Shown piece by piece: positions 45,068-53,582 of a DNA stretch of 64,000 nt. Each line of letters starts with the position of its first letter. Position 1 is the first letter of the stretch. Position numbers and translations under genes: made by a program. The stretch is from NCBI GenBank assembly GCA_964572965.1, contig CAZNHL010000009.1:4836-68835 (forward strand), written 5' to 3'. The notes beneath the pieces were generated by a model. That model was not told where the DNA came from and made no database searches. It saw only the letters and a program-made list of their open reading frames with translations. The stretch comes from an uncultured Bifidobacteriaceae bacterium (GTDB lineage: Bacteria; Bacteroidota; Bacteroidia; Cytophagales; UBA9547).

Positions 45068-46183
45068 CTAAACCCTAACTAATCTCATTAATGGCTCAAA
45101 TGAATACAAAGCAGGTCTTCTTCCTGAAGCAGCTTCCTTTTGTTTCAGATAACCATTTTCTATAAGTTTTTTTACCACCGCAGCAGCTGTTGCAACCGGA
45201 ATTTTAGTGTTACTGATAAATCTGTTATTTCTGAAAACAGGGTTAGTAAATACAAAGTCCAAAACACCCACACTCCATTTTGATGAAAGCAATTCAGAAA
45301 ATTCAACTTTCATTTCTTCATACAAGCTCCTGATATTTTCAGCAATCTGCAGGTTTTGAACTGCCTGCTTTTCTACAGCAATAAGGAAAAAACGTATCCA
45401 TGCATTCCAATCATTGGTTCTTGAAACATCTCTCATAGCCTCAATGTATGCATCTTTATTTTCTTCAAAATAGCCGCTAATATAGAAGTGTGGTTGCGAT
45501 AATACACCCGATTTCCAAAGTAATAATGTGATAAGCATTCTTCCTATTCTTCCGTTGCCATCCTGAAAAGGGTGCAAAGCTTCAAATTCAAGATGCGCTA
45601 CTGCCGTGCGTATAATAGGTGGTTCACTACTACCTTCCATATAAGCAAAAAGTTTGTCAAGGCCATCGGGCAGCTGTTCAGCACTGATTGGTACAAACTG
45701 GATTTTTTTTGCAGAGCGGTCGGCAAGATAATTTTGCTCTTTTTTAAACTCCCCGGGCGACTTTGTTGCTCCACGTCCAAAATACAATAATTGCTGGTGC
45801 ATTTGTTTAATAAAACTCTGAGAGAAAGGATAACCATCATTCAAAGCCGACTGTGCACTTTTCAACGCTCTTTGATATAAAACCGTCTCTACTACATCAC
45901 TTCTTGTTCCTTGTGGTTCAGTCCCGTCATCGTCAGCTTCGTACTCCAGTATTTCATCCATAGTACTGATTGTACCTTCTATTCTGGAAGATAAAACCGC
46001 TTCCCTGTTTCTAAGTGGGGCTAGCAAAATTTCGCTGTTATGCAGGTTTTTGAGCATCTGGTCAAAACGTGCCAATGCATCAGTAGCACTCAGCAGTTCT
46101 TGTATAAAAAACTCATACCGAATACCTATAGGCGGAAATTTATCGTAATGATAATGTACAGCCTCATCCAAATTGAAGTTCAT
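45068..46183 (-). CDS. Fic family protein 2 (Fic/DOC N-terminal domain, class II, C-terminal wHTH)
   Basis: EAVLSSRIEG, HLEFEALHPFQDGNGRIGR, LYISGYFE-like segment and C-terminal HTH (VATAAAVVKKLIENGYL). Confidence 0.95.
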   Translation of the reverse strand: MNFNLDEAVHYHYDKFPPIGIRYEFFIQELLSATDALARFDQMLKNLHNSEILLAPLRNREAVLSSRIEGTISTMDEILEYEADDDGTEPQGTRSDVVETVLYQRALKSAQSALNDGYPFSQSFIKQMHQQLLYFGRGATKSPGEFKKEQNYLADRSAKKIQFVPISAEQLPDGLDKLFAYMEGSSEPPIIRTAVAHLEFEALHPFQDGNGRIGRMLITLLLWKSGVLSQPHFYISGYFEENKDAYIEAMRDVSRTNDWNAWIRFFLIAVEKQAVQNLQIAENIRSLYEEMKVEFSELLSSKWSVGVLDFVFTNPVFRNNRFISNTKIPVATAAAVVKKLIENGYLKQKEAASGRRPALYSFEPLMRLVRV

Positions 46184-46190
46184 ATACTAG

Positions 46191-46406
46191 TTTGTCTACA
46201 ATAAAATGCATTTTCTATCATACAAGATAGCTTATCGACGGAAATTATCAAATAACAATACACAAAAGGTTTTGTCTACAAAAAACAACACACAAAACGG
46301 TTTGCCTACAAAAAAAGGCAAAAAACAGATGACAAAATGATTTGTCTACATAAAACAGCACCCAGGAAGCTTTGCCTACAAAAAATGAACAAAAACGGAT
46401 GACAAA
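46191..46406. repeat. Phased TTTGYCTACA direct-repeat array with a 70-bp tandem duplication, upstream of Fic-2
   Basis: 10-mers at 46191, 46271, 46301, 46341 and 46371 (spacings 80, 30, 40, 30); 46261-46330 and 46331-46400 are diverged duplicates. Confidence 0.85.
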
Positions 46407-46454
46407 CAATATTTTGGTTGTTATCTCTTATATTTAAGTTTAAATGACAATCAC

Positions 46455-46730
46455 ATGACAACTCAAAAATTTGCCTGTCCGTGCTGTGGCTACAAGACAT
46501 TCACAGAAGAAGCCCACGGTACTTATGATATTTGTGAGGTTTGTTACTGGGAAGACGACCCTAACCAGTTCGCAGATCCCGACGATGAAGATGGTGCAAA
46601 CAGGGTTTCATTGAGACAAGCACAAAAGAACTTTGCCGAGTTTGGAGCCTGCGAAAAAGAAATGGTTGCCAACGTAAGAAAACCCCATGCCGATGAAATG
46701 AGGGATAAGGATTGGAAGCCATTGGTATAA
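46455..46730 (+). CDS. CPCC-family cysteine-rich protein
   Basis: FACPCCGYKT, YDICEVCYWEDD and GAN.VSL.QAQKNF form the Cys_rich_CPCC pattern. Confidence 0.85.
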   Translation: MTTQKFACPCCGYKTFTEEAHGTYDICEVCYWEDDPNQFADPDDEDGANRVSLRQAQKNFAEFGACEKEMVANVRKPHADEMRDKDWKPLV

Positions 46731-46761
46731 ATTCTGAGATTTACCTGTTTTTACAAGCCTT

Positions 46762-47436
46762 CTAAAAAATGGGCCTTATGAAGACAATCTGTATAATCAC
46801 CCATATCACAAGGCATATACCACCAAATATCATCATCTGTTTACCTAGCTCTCTGTCTCTCACAGAAAAAGCATTCACCAATTCTCCATTGGGCATTGTT
46901 TTCTTATGAGAAGACAGATGCCAGCCTATCATAAAGCCTAATATTCCTCCAAATAAAGAAGCAATATAGCCAGCGTATATCCAGGCTATTGGAAGTGTCT
47001 CTTGTTTTGACAAATCTGTTATTCTTTGCTTTCTGAGTAAGGCAACTAAGTCTCCATTTACTTCCTTGCCCCTTTCTTTCAATAGTTTTTGTGCAAGCAG
47101 AAAATCGAAGTGACCCCACTCATCGCGCTTCACAATTATTTCAAGTAACTCCTCATCAGTAAAATCAAATAGGTAATAGCTACGATCTATGTTTTCAAGT
47201 TGAGTCTTTGTGTTTTCCTGTAGCAACTGGTCAACCTTCAAAAAATCATCTTTCTGTAGTTTAACCCTGAATTCTCTCGACAATTCACTACTCCCAAAAG
47301 TATTGCCAAGCCCGATCGCTGTGGAATCTTCATCCAATAAATATTCTATATTATTTTCTTCGAGAAACGCCGTAAGCTCTGCCGCAGCCATGCGGTCATT
47401 GAATTTCTGAAAAGTAAGAAAGCGTTCTGTTGACAT
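46762..47436 (-). CDS. Membrane-anchored hypothetical protein with DUF2007-like N-terminal domain
   Basis: N-terminal F...AAAELT.FLE.NNI.Y and ..V.L...D...V.QLL resemble the putative signal-transducing (DUF2007) domain; two C-terminal TM helices. Confidence 0.65.
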   Translation of the reverse strand: MSTERFLTFQKFNDRMAAAELTAFLEENNIEYLLDEDSTAIGLGNTFGSSELSREFRVKLQKDDFLKVDQLLQENTKTQLENIDRSYYLFDFTDEELLEIIVKRDEWGHFDFLLAQKLLKERGKEVNGDLVALLRKQRITDLSKQETLPIAWIYAGYIASLFGGILGFMIGWHLSSHKKTMPNGELVNAFSVRDRELGKQMMIFGGICLVIWVIIQIVFIRPIF

Positions 47437-47465
47437 ATCGATTATACTTTAAAATCTCTTAACTA

Positions 47466-48923
47466 TTATTCACTTAACCAGCTCGATTTCTTAGCCAAAG
47501 TAACAACACCAATGTTGTACGCATAAATGGCCGCCGGAACAAAAGTGACATTTAAACCATCTATTGTTTTGTTACCCGGTTGATCTATTGTTGTCACCAC
47601 TGAAGCATTAAAGTTATTTGCTTTACAGAAATGAACCAAACTATTCAATTCATTCGGTTTATCGAAATAACGGTTAGTCCATTTTACTTCCACGCTCCAT
47701 TGCGGTTTGAAAAGCTTACTATCTACCAGTACAATATCAACTTCCCCTTCAGAGCGACCCATTTTCCAACGTGCATACTTCAGGTCCAGGTTTTCTCTGT
47801 GCATCCATTGTGAAAAAATTGCTGTTTCCACCATATTTCCGGTTTCCGGATCAGTTTCCTGAATCGGTGAAAATAAAGCTGTTCTCAGCGACGGATTAGT
47901 GAGATAGACTTTGAAACTGGTAATGCGTTTAAACTTTTTAGCATTGTCATCTATTTTGTGTATGACTTTGATTAAGAAAGCCGCTTCAAGATATTCCAGG
48001 TATTTTTTGATGATATCACCTTTAATACCACTATCCGTTGCCAGTTTTTCAAAAGAAAACTCATTACCGGTATTGTAAGCCAGGTAACTGAAAAAACTAT
48101 TGAGCTCCTGTACATCTTTAATTCCATACAGACTCGGCAAATCTCTCAGCAATACTTTATCCACAATATCGCTTTTTACATAACGTCCCATATCGCTTTG
48201 AATCTTTTCAGAGAAAACGACTTCCGGATAACCCCCGAAATTGAGATACTGAAAAAACTCTTTGTTAAATGCCTTATGATCGTGTGTAGTGAAAAACGGC
48301 ACTTCCTTGTTATTATAAACGATAGATTTTGACTGGACTAAGTGACTCAAACCTTTCAGGTGTATGTATTCATGAAAAGTAAGTGGAGGCAACATAAAAT
48401 CTGTGAACCGCCCTGCACCACTTTCAGAACTTTGCAAACGCAATGCCGCAGCTGCAGAACCGGAAACAATAAACTTAGTTTTAGGATACATATCTACCAA
48501 CACTTTAAGGTGACGCTCCCAGTCTTTCATGTATTGAATCTCATCAAAGAAAACAAAGCAGCCTTCCAGATTTTCCAGTTTTACAGCTTCCTTACCTAAC
48601 AAAAGAATCTCTTCCAAACCCAGGTGCATATAAATCGGATTATCGATTCCGATAAAGAAGATCTTCTGAGGTGGTACACCTTCAGTTATCAGCTCCTGAA
48701 TGGCATGAAACATCATCACAGTTTTGCCCACACGGCGCGGCCCCATCAACACGACCGCTCTTTTAACTTCTGTTTCTTTTACAAATGGATAAAACAAGTC
48801 AAAATAGAGACGTTTTGACATTTCGCGATAGACCTGCTGTACCTCGCCGGTTAGCCACCAGGGGTTTTCGTATTGCAAACGCTCTATCCGTTTGGCTGTT
48901 GGAATAACATGATTGAAATCCAT
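47466..48923 (-). CDS. AAA+ ATPase (AAA_14) with central wHTH and C-terminal DUF4143/PD-(D/E)XK-like domain
   Basis: Walker A GPRRVGKT, Walker B VFFDEIQ, VSGSA, YL.FGGYPE, G.MVET and EVDIV...SVEVKW. Confidence 0.9.
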   Translation of the reverse strand: MDFNHVIPTAKRIERLQYENPWWLTGEVQQVYREMSKRLYFDLFYPFVKETEVKRAVVLMGPRRVGKTVMMFHAIQELITEGVPPQKIFFIGIDNPIYMHLGLEEILLLGKEAVKLENLEGCFVFFDEIQYMKDWERHLKVLVDMYPKTKFIVSGSAAAALRLQSSESGAGRFTDFMLPPLTFHEYIHLKGLSHLVQSKSIVYNNKEVPFFTTHDHKAFNKEFFQYLNFGGYPEVVFSEKIQSDMGRYVKSDIVDKVLLRDLPSLYGIKDVQELNSFFSYLAYNTGNEFSFEKLATDSGIKGDIIKKYLEYLEAAFLIKVIHKIDDNAKKFKRITSFKVYLTNPSLRTALFSPIQETDPETGNMVETAIFSQWMHRENLDLKYARWKMGRSEGEVDIVLVDSKLFKPQWSVEVKWTNRYFDKPNELNSLVHFCKANNFNASVVTTIDQPGNKTIDGLNVTFVPAAIYAYNIGVVTLAKKSSWLSE

Positions 48924-48931
48924 AAATAAGT

Positions 48932-49034
48932 TTATTTATACATAAATGTAAAAATAAGCATGAAAAAAAAGTATTATTTTGACAAAAATGTAAAAATAAG
49001 GTTATTTTGGTGATATTTTCTGCTTATTTGTACA
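48932..49034. repeat. Operator-like half-sites TGTA(A/C/T)AAATAA upstream of the AAA ATPase
   Basis: Inverted copy 48932-48943, direct copies 48946 and 48988 (AAATGTAAAAATAAG twice, 42 bp apart), inverted copy 49024-49034. Confidence 0.65.
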
Positions 49035-49124
49035 ATAAAGTATATCACCAAGGCTTAATTTTCCAACTGTACTTTCAGGTAATTACTAGGCTTTTGATAA
49101 AACAATATCAACAGCTTGTTTTTA

Positions 49125-49182
49125 TAAAAAATGTCTAAAAAATGTCTAAAAAATGTCTAAAAAATCAGTGCTTAGACATTTT
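49125..49182. repeat. (TAAAAAATGTC)x3 tandem repeat plus an inverted copy inside the 3' end of the neighbouring gene
   Basis: Exact 11-mers at 49125, 49136 and 49147; TTAGACATTTT at 49172-49182 encodes KMSK on the minus strand. Confidence 0.85.
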
Positions 49183-50823
49183 CCATATCTTACCTTCGGG
49201 GTATATAAGACCCTTCATTCTAAGTTTTTGGAGATTGTTTTTTATTTTATTGCTTTTTTGAGCCGGATCTAATACATCTGGAAGTTTATCTAAAAGTACT
49301 TTTTCAAAATCTTCTCTTTTACCTTCCTTAAACTTTTTCAGATAATCCAGAATAATCTTCTGACAATACCCATCATCAATACCTCGCTGTTTTATATAAT
49401 CGGCCTTGTCACCGGTTACTCTGGCTACCGTAGCTGAAATATGAAAGTTTGGTTTTCTTCCTTCTATTAAGCTCTTTGCTTTTAGTTGATTAATTTCATC
49501 ATTATTTAAGCTTTTGGACTTGGAAACTTTATCCAGAGCGATAATATCTATCAAACTAAGGTCTGGTATAGCTGCTACTTTTCTGGCATAGTTAATATCC
49601 ACTACTTTACCTGTCACGGTTAACTTTACTGTATTGGGCGAAAATTCGTAATCGGGTAAAGGAAAAAATTTCTTGCGCTGAATATTAAACATCCTTTTAA
49701 TACCACTGCCAATAGCATCAATCATATTCAGATTAATCATTGCTTCTACTAAAAACGGATTGCGGTATGTAGGTTCTGGTGCATCGGAAATAACTACTTC
49801 CTCCACACTTGCCGGAATAAACTTTCCTGAGTTGATAAATACCAGTTTACCATCTTCATGTTCAACTACATTTATTTTACCCCCAAGTGTATAATCCTGA
49901 TGCGCAATACAGTTGTTTAAAGCTTCTCTTACTATATATGGATCATATTGATCTACTTCCTCAGGAAATAAACTACCGTCTGTAATATAGCGATACTTCA
50001 GGTTTCTGATTTTTTTATATACTTCTTCTGTATTTAATAATAACGGACAGGTAAAATGCTGGTAGTCTTTCTCTAGGTTATCGCTATCTCGAAGAATCCA
50101 TGAAACTTTTGCTGTAGAGGGGTTAATAAAGTGTTCTGATTCTGACTTGCCCAACAACAAAATAGCAGTGCGGGTAATTTTCCCTTTAATACACACTTTT
50201 GATTTATTCAGAAAAGTGATATCGTCCCATTGGTCAATTTCACTCACCAAATGGCTGTTTTTCTTTTTATATGACTCACGGGCTTTATGAATGGCTTCTG
50301 AAGACAAATCGTCAAATGTTGCATCGTCAATAATTGCGGCGCTCCAATCTTCTCCTTTTGTTTGTTCACGAATACGCTCTACTTCTTCAAGATTCAGGGC
50401 ATTCAACTCTTCACCGTCACGGCCATAATAATGTCCCTTCCAGGAAATGGGAATGCCTTTTGGTGCCGCAGGGATTTCAAATAATACAACTCTGCCGTTT
50501 GGTGTATTTGTCTCGTAAATTTCTATAAAAGTAATTCTGCCAGTGGTATGGTTTGCCAGCTCTGCCTTAAGACTGTCTAAATCATTATGATGAACTCTAA
50601 ATTGAGAGCCTACGATACTTTTGTCGCTATCCTTCACTCCAAAAACCAGCCAAGCCGAGCGTTTGCCTTTTAAATTAGCTTCATTACAAAGAGCAGAAAA
50701 ATACTTCCCTAGTTTATTAGAATCAAACTGATTATTCGCTTCTTTAAACTCCACCACTTCGTTTTCATACCCTTGCGAACAAAGTGATTGCAAAATGTCT
50801 TGTATTTCTGCCGGATTTCTCAT
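49165..50823 (-). CDS. Schlafen/AlbA_2 domain + HATPase_c_4 + wHTH protein (RecG-like C-terminal architecture)
   Basis: ENEVVEFKEA, YFSALCNEAN and WLVFGVKD (AlbA_2); VREALNNCIAHQDY, RNPFL and IDAIGSGIKRM (HATPase_c_4); C-terminal wHTH. Confidence 0.9.
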   Translation of the reverse strand: MRNPAEIQDILQSLCSQGYENEVVEFKEANNQFDSNKLGKYFSALCNEANLKGKRSAWLVFGVKDSDKSIVGSQFRVHHNDLDSLKAELANHTTGRITFIEIYETNTPNGRVVLFEIPAAPKGIPISWKGHYYGRDGEELNALNLEEVERIREQTKGEDWSAAIIDDATFDDLSSEAIHKARESYKKKNSHLVSEIDQWDDITFLNKSKVCIKGKITRTAILLLGKSESEHFINPSTAKVSWILRDSDNLEKDYQHFTCPLLLNTEEVYKKIRNLKYRYITDGSLFPEEVDQYDPYIVREALNNCIAHQDYTLGGKINVVEHEDGKLVFINSGKFIPASVEEVVISDAPEPTYRNPFLVEAMINLNMIDAIGSGIKRMFNIQRKKFFPLPDYEFSPNTVKLTVTGKVVDINYARKVAAIPDLSLIDIIALDKVSKSKSLNNDEINQLKAKSLIEGRKPNFHISATVARVTGDKADYIKQRGIDDGYCQKIILDYLKKFKEGKREDFEKVLLDKLPDVLDPAQKSNKIKNNLQKLRMKGLIYPEGKIWKMSKH

Positions 50824-50921
50824 GAGCCCATTGCTACTGTTTTTATTCTTACACCGTAGTTAAAGTTAAGCTTATTTATGGTTGCTGTATCTATCGTGTC
50901 AGGGTGTCAGGCATGATTTTA

Positions 50922-51251
50922 TTAATAGTTGTTACTCTGATCTCTATATTTTTCAACAAACTCATTCGCTTCTCCTAGGTTTTCTGGATATTTAGCATAG
51001 GACGAGTATACTTTACAGCCTCTAATTATTTCCATTTTTTCATAAACATGATCATAGTCGAAACCATTAGCTACTAAAAACCTAACTACTTCCCATTTCT
51101 GAGTTTCTGTTTTTTTAGGTGGTCGAAACCTGTGAGAAAGAAATACCATTGGCTTTCCACAATCAGGACAATTTGCAACTCGTCTATTATTGTAATCCGT
51201 TCCCTGACTAAACGATTTTCTACAGTCTAGGCAAACTACTTTATTACCCAT
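50922..51251 (-). CDS. Zinc-ribbon hypothetical protein (109 aa)
   Basis: VCLDCRKSF...CPDCGKPM..L.HRFRPPKK...KW. Confidence 0.72.
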   Translation of the reverse strand: MGNKVVCLDCRKSFSQGTDYNNRRVANCPDCGKPMVFLSHRFRPPKKTETQKWEVVRFLVANGFDYDHVYEKMEIIRGCKVYSSYAKYPENLGEANEFVEKYRDQSNNY

Positions 51252-51254
51252 GTT

Positions 51255-51467
51255 TTACTTCAACTTATTAGGATTCAATAACTCCCTTATATCCACATTT
51301 AAGACCTCTGCAATCTGAAGTAAAGTCTCCAATGATGGTTGAGAGTCATTGGTACACCAACGAGAAATTGTAGCAGTATTCTTTCCTAGCTTAGTTGCCA
51401 GCCACTTGTTTGTTCTTTCCTGTTCGGCCAGTACAACCTTTATTCTATTTATCGATGTCTTTGACAT
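51255..51467 (-). CDS. XRE-family HTH transcriptional regulator
   Basis: NRIKVVLAEQ.RTNKWLA.KLGK..ATISRWCTN.SQPSLETL..IA..L.V is the typical Bacteroidota Cro/XRE pattern. Start ATG 51467. Confidence 0.9.
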   Translation of the reverse strand: MSKTSINRIKVVLAEQERTNKWLATKLGKNTATISRWCTNDSQPSLETLLQIAEVLNVDIRELLNPNKLK

Positions 51468-51472
51468 AAAAA

Positions 51473-51703
51473 TCACTTTTCATTCTCAAAAAACCTACCT
51501 GTTGAAATTCCCAACCCTTCTGCCAAAAGCATAATAGTATTCAAGCTGGTATTGATTACCCCTGTTTCTATCCTCGCTATCTGACTAAGTGATATTCCCG
51601 TCCTGTGTGCTAACTCTTCCTGAGTAACACCTAGGGATTTACGGCATACTGCAAACTGTTTGCCGAATGCCTTTATCTTCTCTTTATTGACTGTTTTTCT
51701 CAC
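51473..51703 (-). CDS. XRE-family HTH transcriptional regulator
   Basis: FG......RK.LG.TQEELA.RTGIS.SQIARIE.G..N.SL.TI..LA..L; GTG start. Confidence 0.85.
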   Translation of the reverse strand: MRKTVNKEKIKAFGKQFAVCRKSLGVTQEELAHRTGISLSQIARIETGVINTSLNTIMLLAEGLGISTGRFFENEK

Positions 51704-51734
51704 AGGTCAAAGGTTAATAAAAAGTATCTATTCC

Positions 51735-51872
51735 TTAAACTTCAAACCTAAAAAGCAAATCAGGTTCTATGCCCATTCCTTTGCTTAGTGCATAAATAGT
51801 TGAAATTGTTGGGCTTCGTTCTCCTCTTTCCAGTCTGCTGATTTGTTTGGCATCTAATACTGTTACCTTCAA
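51735..51872 (-). pseudogene. 5'-truncated XRE HTH fragment, not in the ORF track
   Basis: Translates to LKVTVLDAKQISRLERGERSPTISTIYALSKGMGIEPDLLFRFEV*, the C-terminal half of an XRE domain. An in-frame TAG lies 9 codons upstream of this fragment. Confidence 0.7.
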
Positions 51873-51976
51873 ATACTTTGATAACCTGAAAGTAATCTAT
51901 TTCTCAAATACTACCAACTGGTAGTGGTCAAAGTGTTTCAGCTATAATATCTTTCCTCCATAGAAATTATTATACT

Positions 51977-52365
51977 ATGGAAAAACACAAACCAGCTATC
52001 AGCATTATGCTGGTGGAGCGTGACGAACTGGCCTTGCAGGTATTAGTATGGCTTTTTGAGAAAAGCGGCTATCTCGGCGAGCTGCTGTTGTTTACAGATC
52101 CGGACAAAGCTGCGGAATACCTCAACACACATAAGCTGCCTGACCTGATTATCGCTGACTTTTCCTGAACAAAATGGAGGAATTTAGCTTTCTGCTGCGG
52201 GCACAGGAACTCGCTGCTTCGTGGAACAAGCCAATGGCTATTGTTATTCTGGGAGATTTCGCTGGTGATATACGGGAAGTATCTACTGTAATTGCTGATA
52301 TCCATTTTGTGCTAAAACCGCTTACGCTTGATGTGGCTGAGAGGTGGATTGGGTTGCTACAGTAA
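51977..52365 (+). pseudogene. Stand-alone receiver (CheY-like) domain split by a 1-nt frameshift
   Basis: ORF 51977-52168 ends ...PDLIIADFS*. Adding one T to the T4 run at 52160-52163 gives DLIIADFFLNKMEEF... in frame with ORF 52174-52365, which ends FVLKPLT (conserved Lys-Pro). Confidence 0.75.
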
Positions 52366-52390
52366 GCGGCTTGCAAATCCTATGATCTGG

Positions 52391-52443
52391 CTTCGAGATT
52401 ATAAATCCCGAAGAGCAATTTTGCAGCAGCAGCTGCAAAATTG
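52391..52443. terminator. Two adjacent hairpins between the convergent receiver pseudogene and Fic-3
   Basis: CTTCGAGATT-ATA-AATCCCGAAG and the perfect CAATTTTGCAGC-AGCA-GCTGCAAAATTG. Confidence 0.62.
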
Positions 52444-52503
52444 AACTAGACTAGAGTTGTGTTACAAACATGTATCTCGTCAGTCCTCAAACTAGTTTGG
52501 TTT

Positions 52504-53577
52504 CTATCTTTTAGACAACAATTCAAACAAGCGTGTATTGATATAATAGTTTCCGGTTCCTAGTTTGGCTTTTTGCAAAAGGCCGTCTTCTGCCAGTTTG
52601 TTCAAATAGGAAGCTGCTGTTATTCTGGAAACTCCCAGATCATTCATCAGGAATTCTATTTTTGTATAAGGGTGTTTGAATAAATTATTCAACAAATCCT
52701 GGCTGTAAAACTTATAGTTTTCCCGTAACTCATACTTATAGGTTTGCATCAGTTTTTTTATCTGGCCGATAAGCTCAATCGTTTCTTTAGAAGTTTCTTC
52801 TATGCCTTTGATCATAAAGAGTAGCCATTCTTCCCAATTTTTCTTATCACGCACTTCTTGAAGCAGTCTGTAATAATCTGCTTTGTGTTTGATAATATAG
52901 CTACTCAAATAGAGGATCGGTAAGTTTTGCAGGTTTTCGAGGATAAGATAGAGAATATTCACAATCCGGCCAGTTCTGCCGTTTCCGTCATAAAATGGAT
53001 GAATACTTTCAAACTGATAATGGATAACAGCCATTTTAACGAGTGCGTCATATTCACTGAATTCCTTGTTATTGATAAAGGACTCCAGGTTGGCCATCAG
53101 ACTATCGATCTCATCATAACTTTGAGGAGGTGTATAAACAACTTCACCGGTTTGTGCATTTTTCAGGTTTGTGCCGGGCAGTTTTCTGAAGCCTGCTTTG
53201 TTTCGTTCCAATTCTTCCTGAATAATGAGAATGGTTTTATTGGTAATCAGCCCGCTTGCCGATGTCAGTTCAAAACCCTTCTTTAAGGCTGATATATAAT
53301 TCTGCACTTCTTTAGCATTTAATGAATTGAGTGCTTCAAAATTCAACTCTGACTTATACAGATCGTCATGTGTCGTAATGATATTTTCAATAGCTGAACT
53401 GTCTTTTGCTTCCTGTAAACCAAGGGTATTGATAAGAATATGCTGGTTCGGAATTGTAGAGGCTACTCCCTTCAATTCTGCCAAAGCAGCATGCGCAGCT
53501 GGCAGGCTCTTTAAAACCTTGATAGTCTCGAGATCATGCTTTACAGGTAACGGTTCTAATTTCCAGTTTGTCTCCAT
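52504..53577 (-). CDS. Fic family protein 3 (class II, C-terminal wHTH)
   Basis: QEAKDSSAIENI, HYQFESIHPFYDGNGRTGR and wHTH (LGVSRITAASYLNKLAEDGLL). True start ATG 53577 (METNW); the ORF-track extension reads through the repeat array. Confidence 0.95.
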   Translation of the reverse strand: METNWKLEPLPVKHDLETIKVLKSLPAAHAALAELKGVASTIPNQHILINTLGLQEAKDSSAIENIITTHDDLYKSELNFEALNSLNAKEVQNYISALKKGFELTSASGLITNKTILIIQEELERNKAGFRKLPGTNLKNAQTGEVVYTPPQSYDEIDSLMANLESFINNKEFSEYDALVKMAVIHYQFESIHPFYDGNGRTGRIVNILYLILENLQNLPILYLSSYIIKHKADYYRLLQEVRDKKNWEEWLLFMIKGIEETSKETIELIGQIKKLMQTYKYELRENYKFYSQDLLNNLFKHPYTKIEFLMNDLGVSRITAASYLNKLAEDGLLQKAKLGTGNYYINTRLFELLSKR

Positions 53578-53582
53578 AGTAC

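Noticed and set aside
46261-46400. Possible CRISPR-like repeat-spacer structure
   Set aside because: The conserved unit is only 10 bp, spacing alternates 30/40 bp, and the intervening sequences are related by duplication rather than unique.
46306-46500. 64-aa minus-strand ORF in the track
   Set aside because: It is a translation of the repeat array and overlaps the CPCC gene; not a plausible protein.
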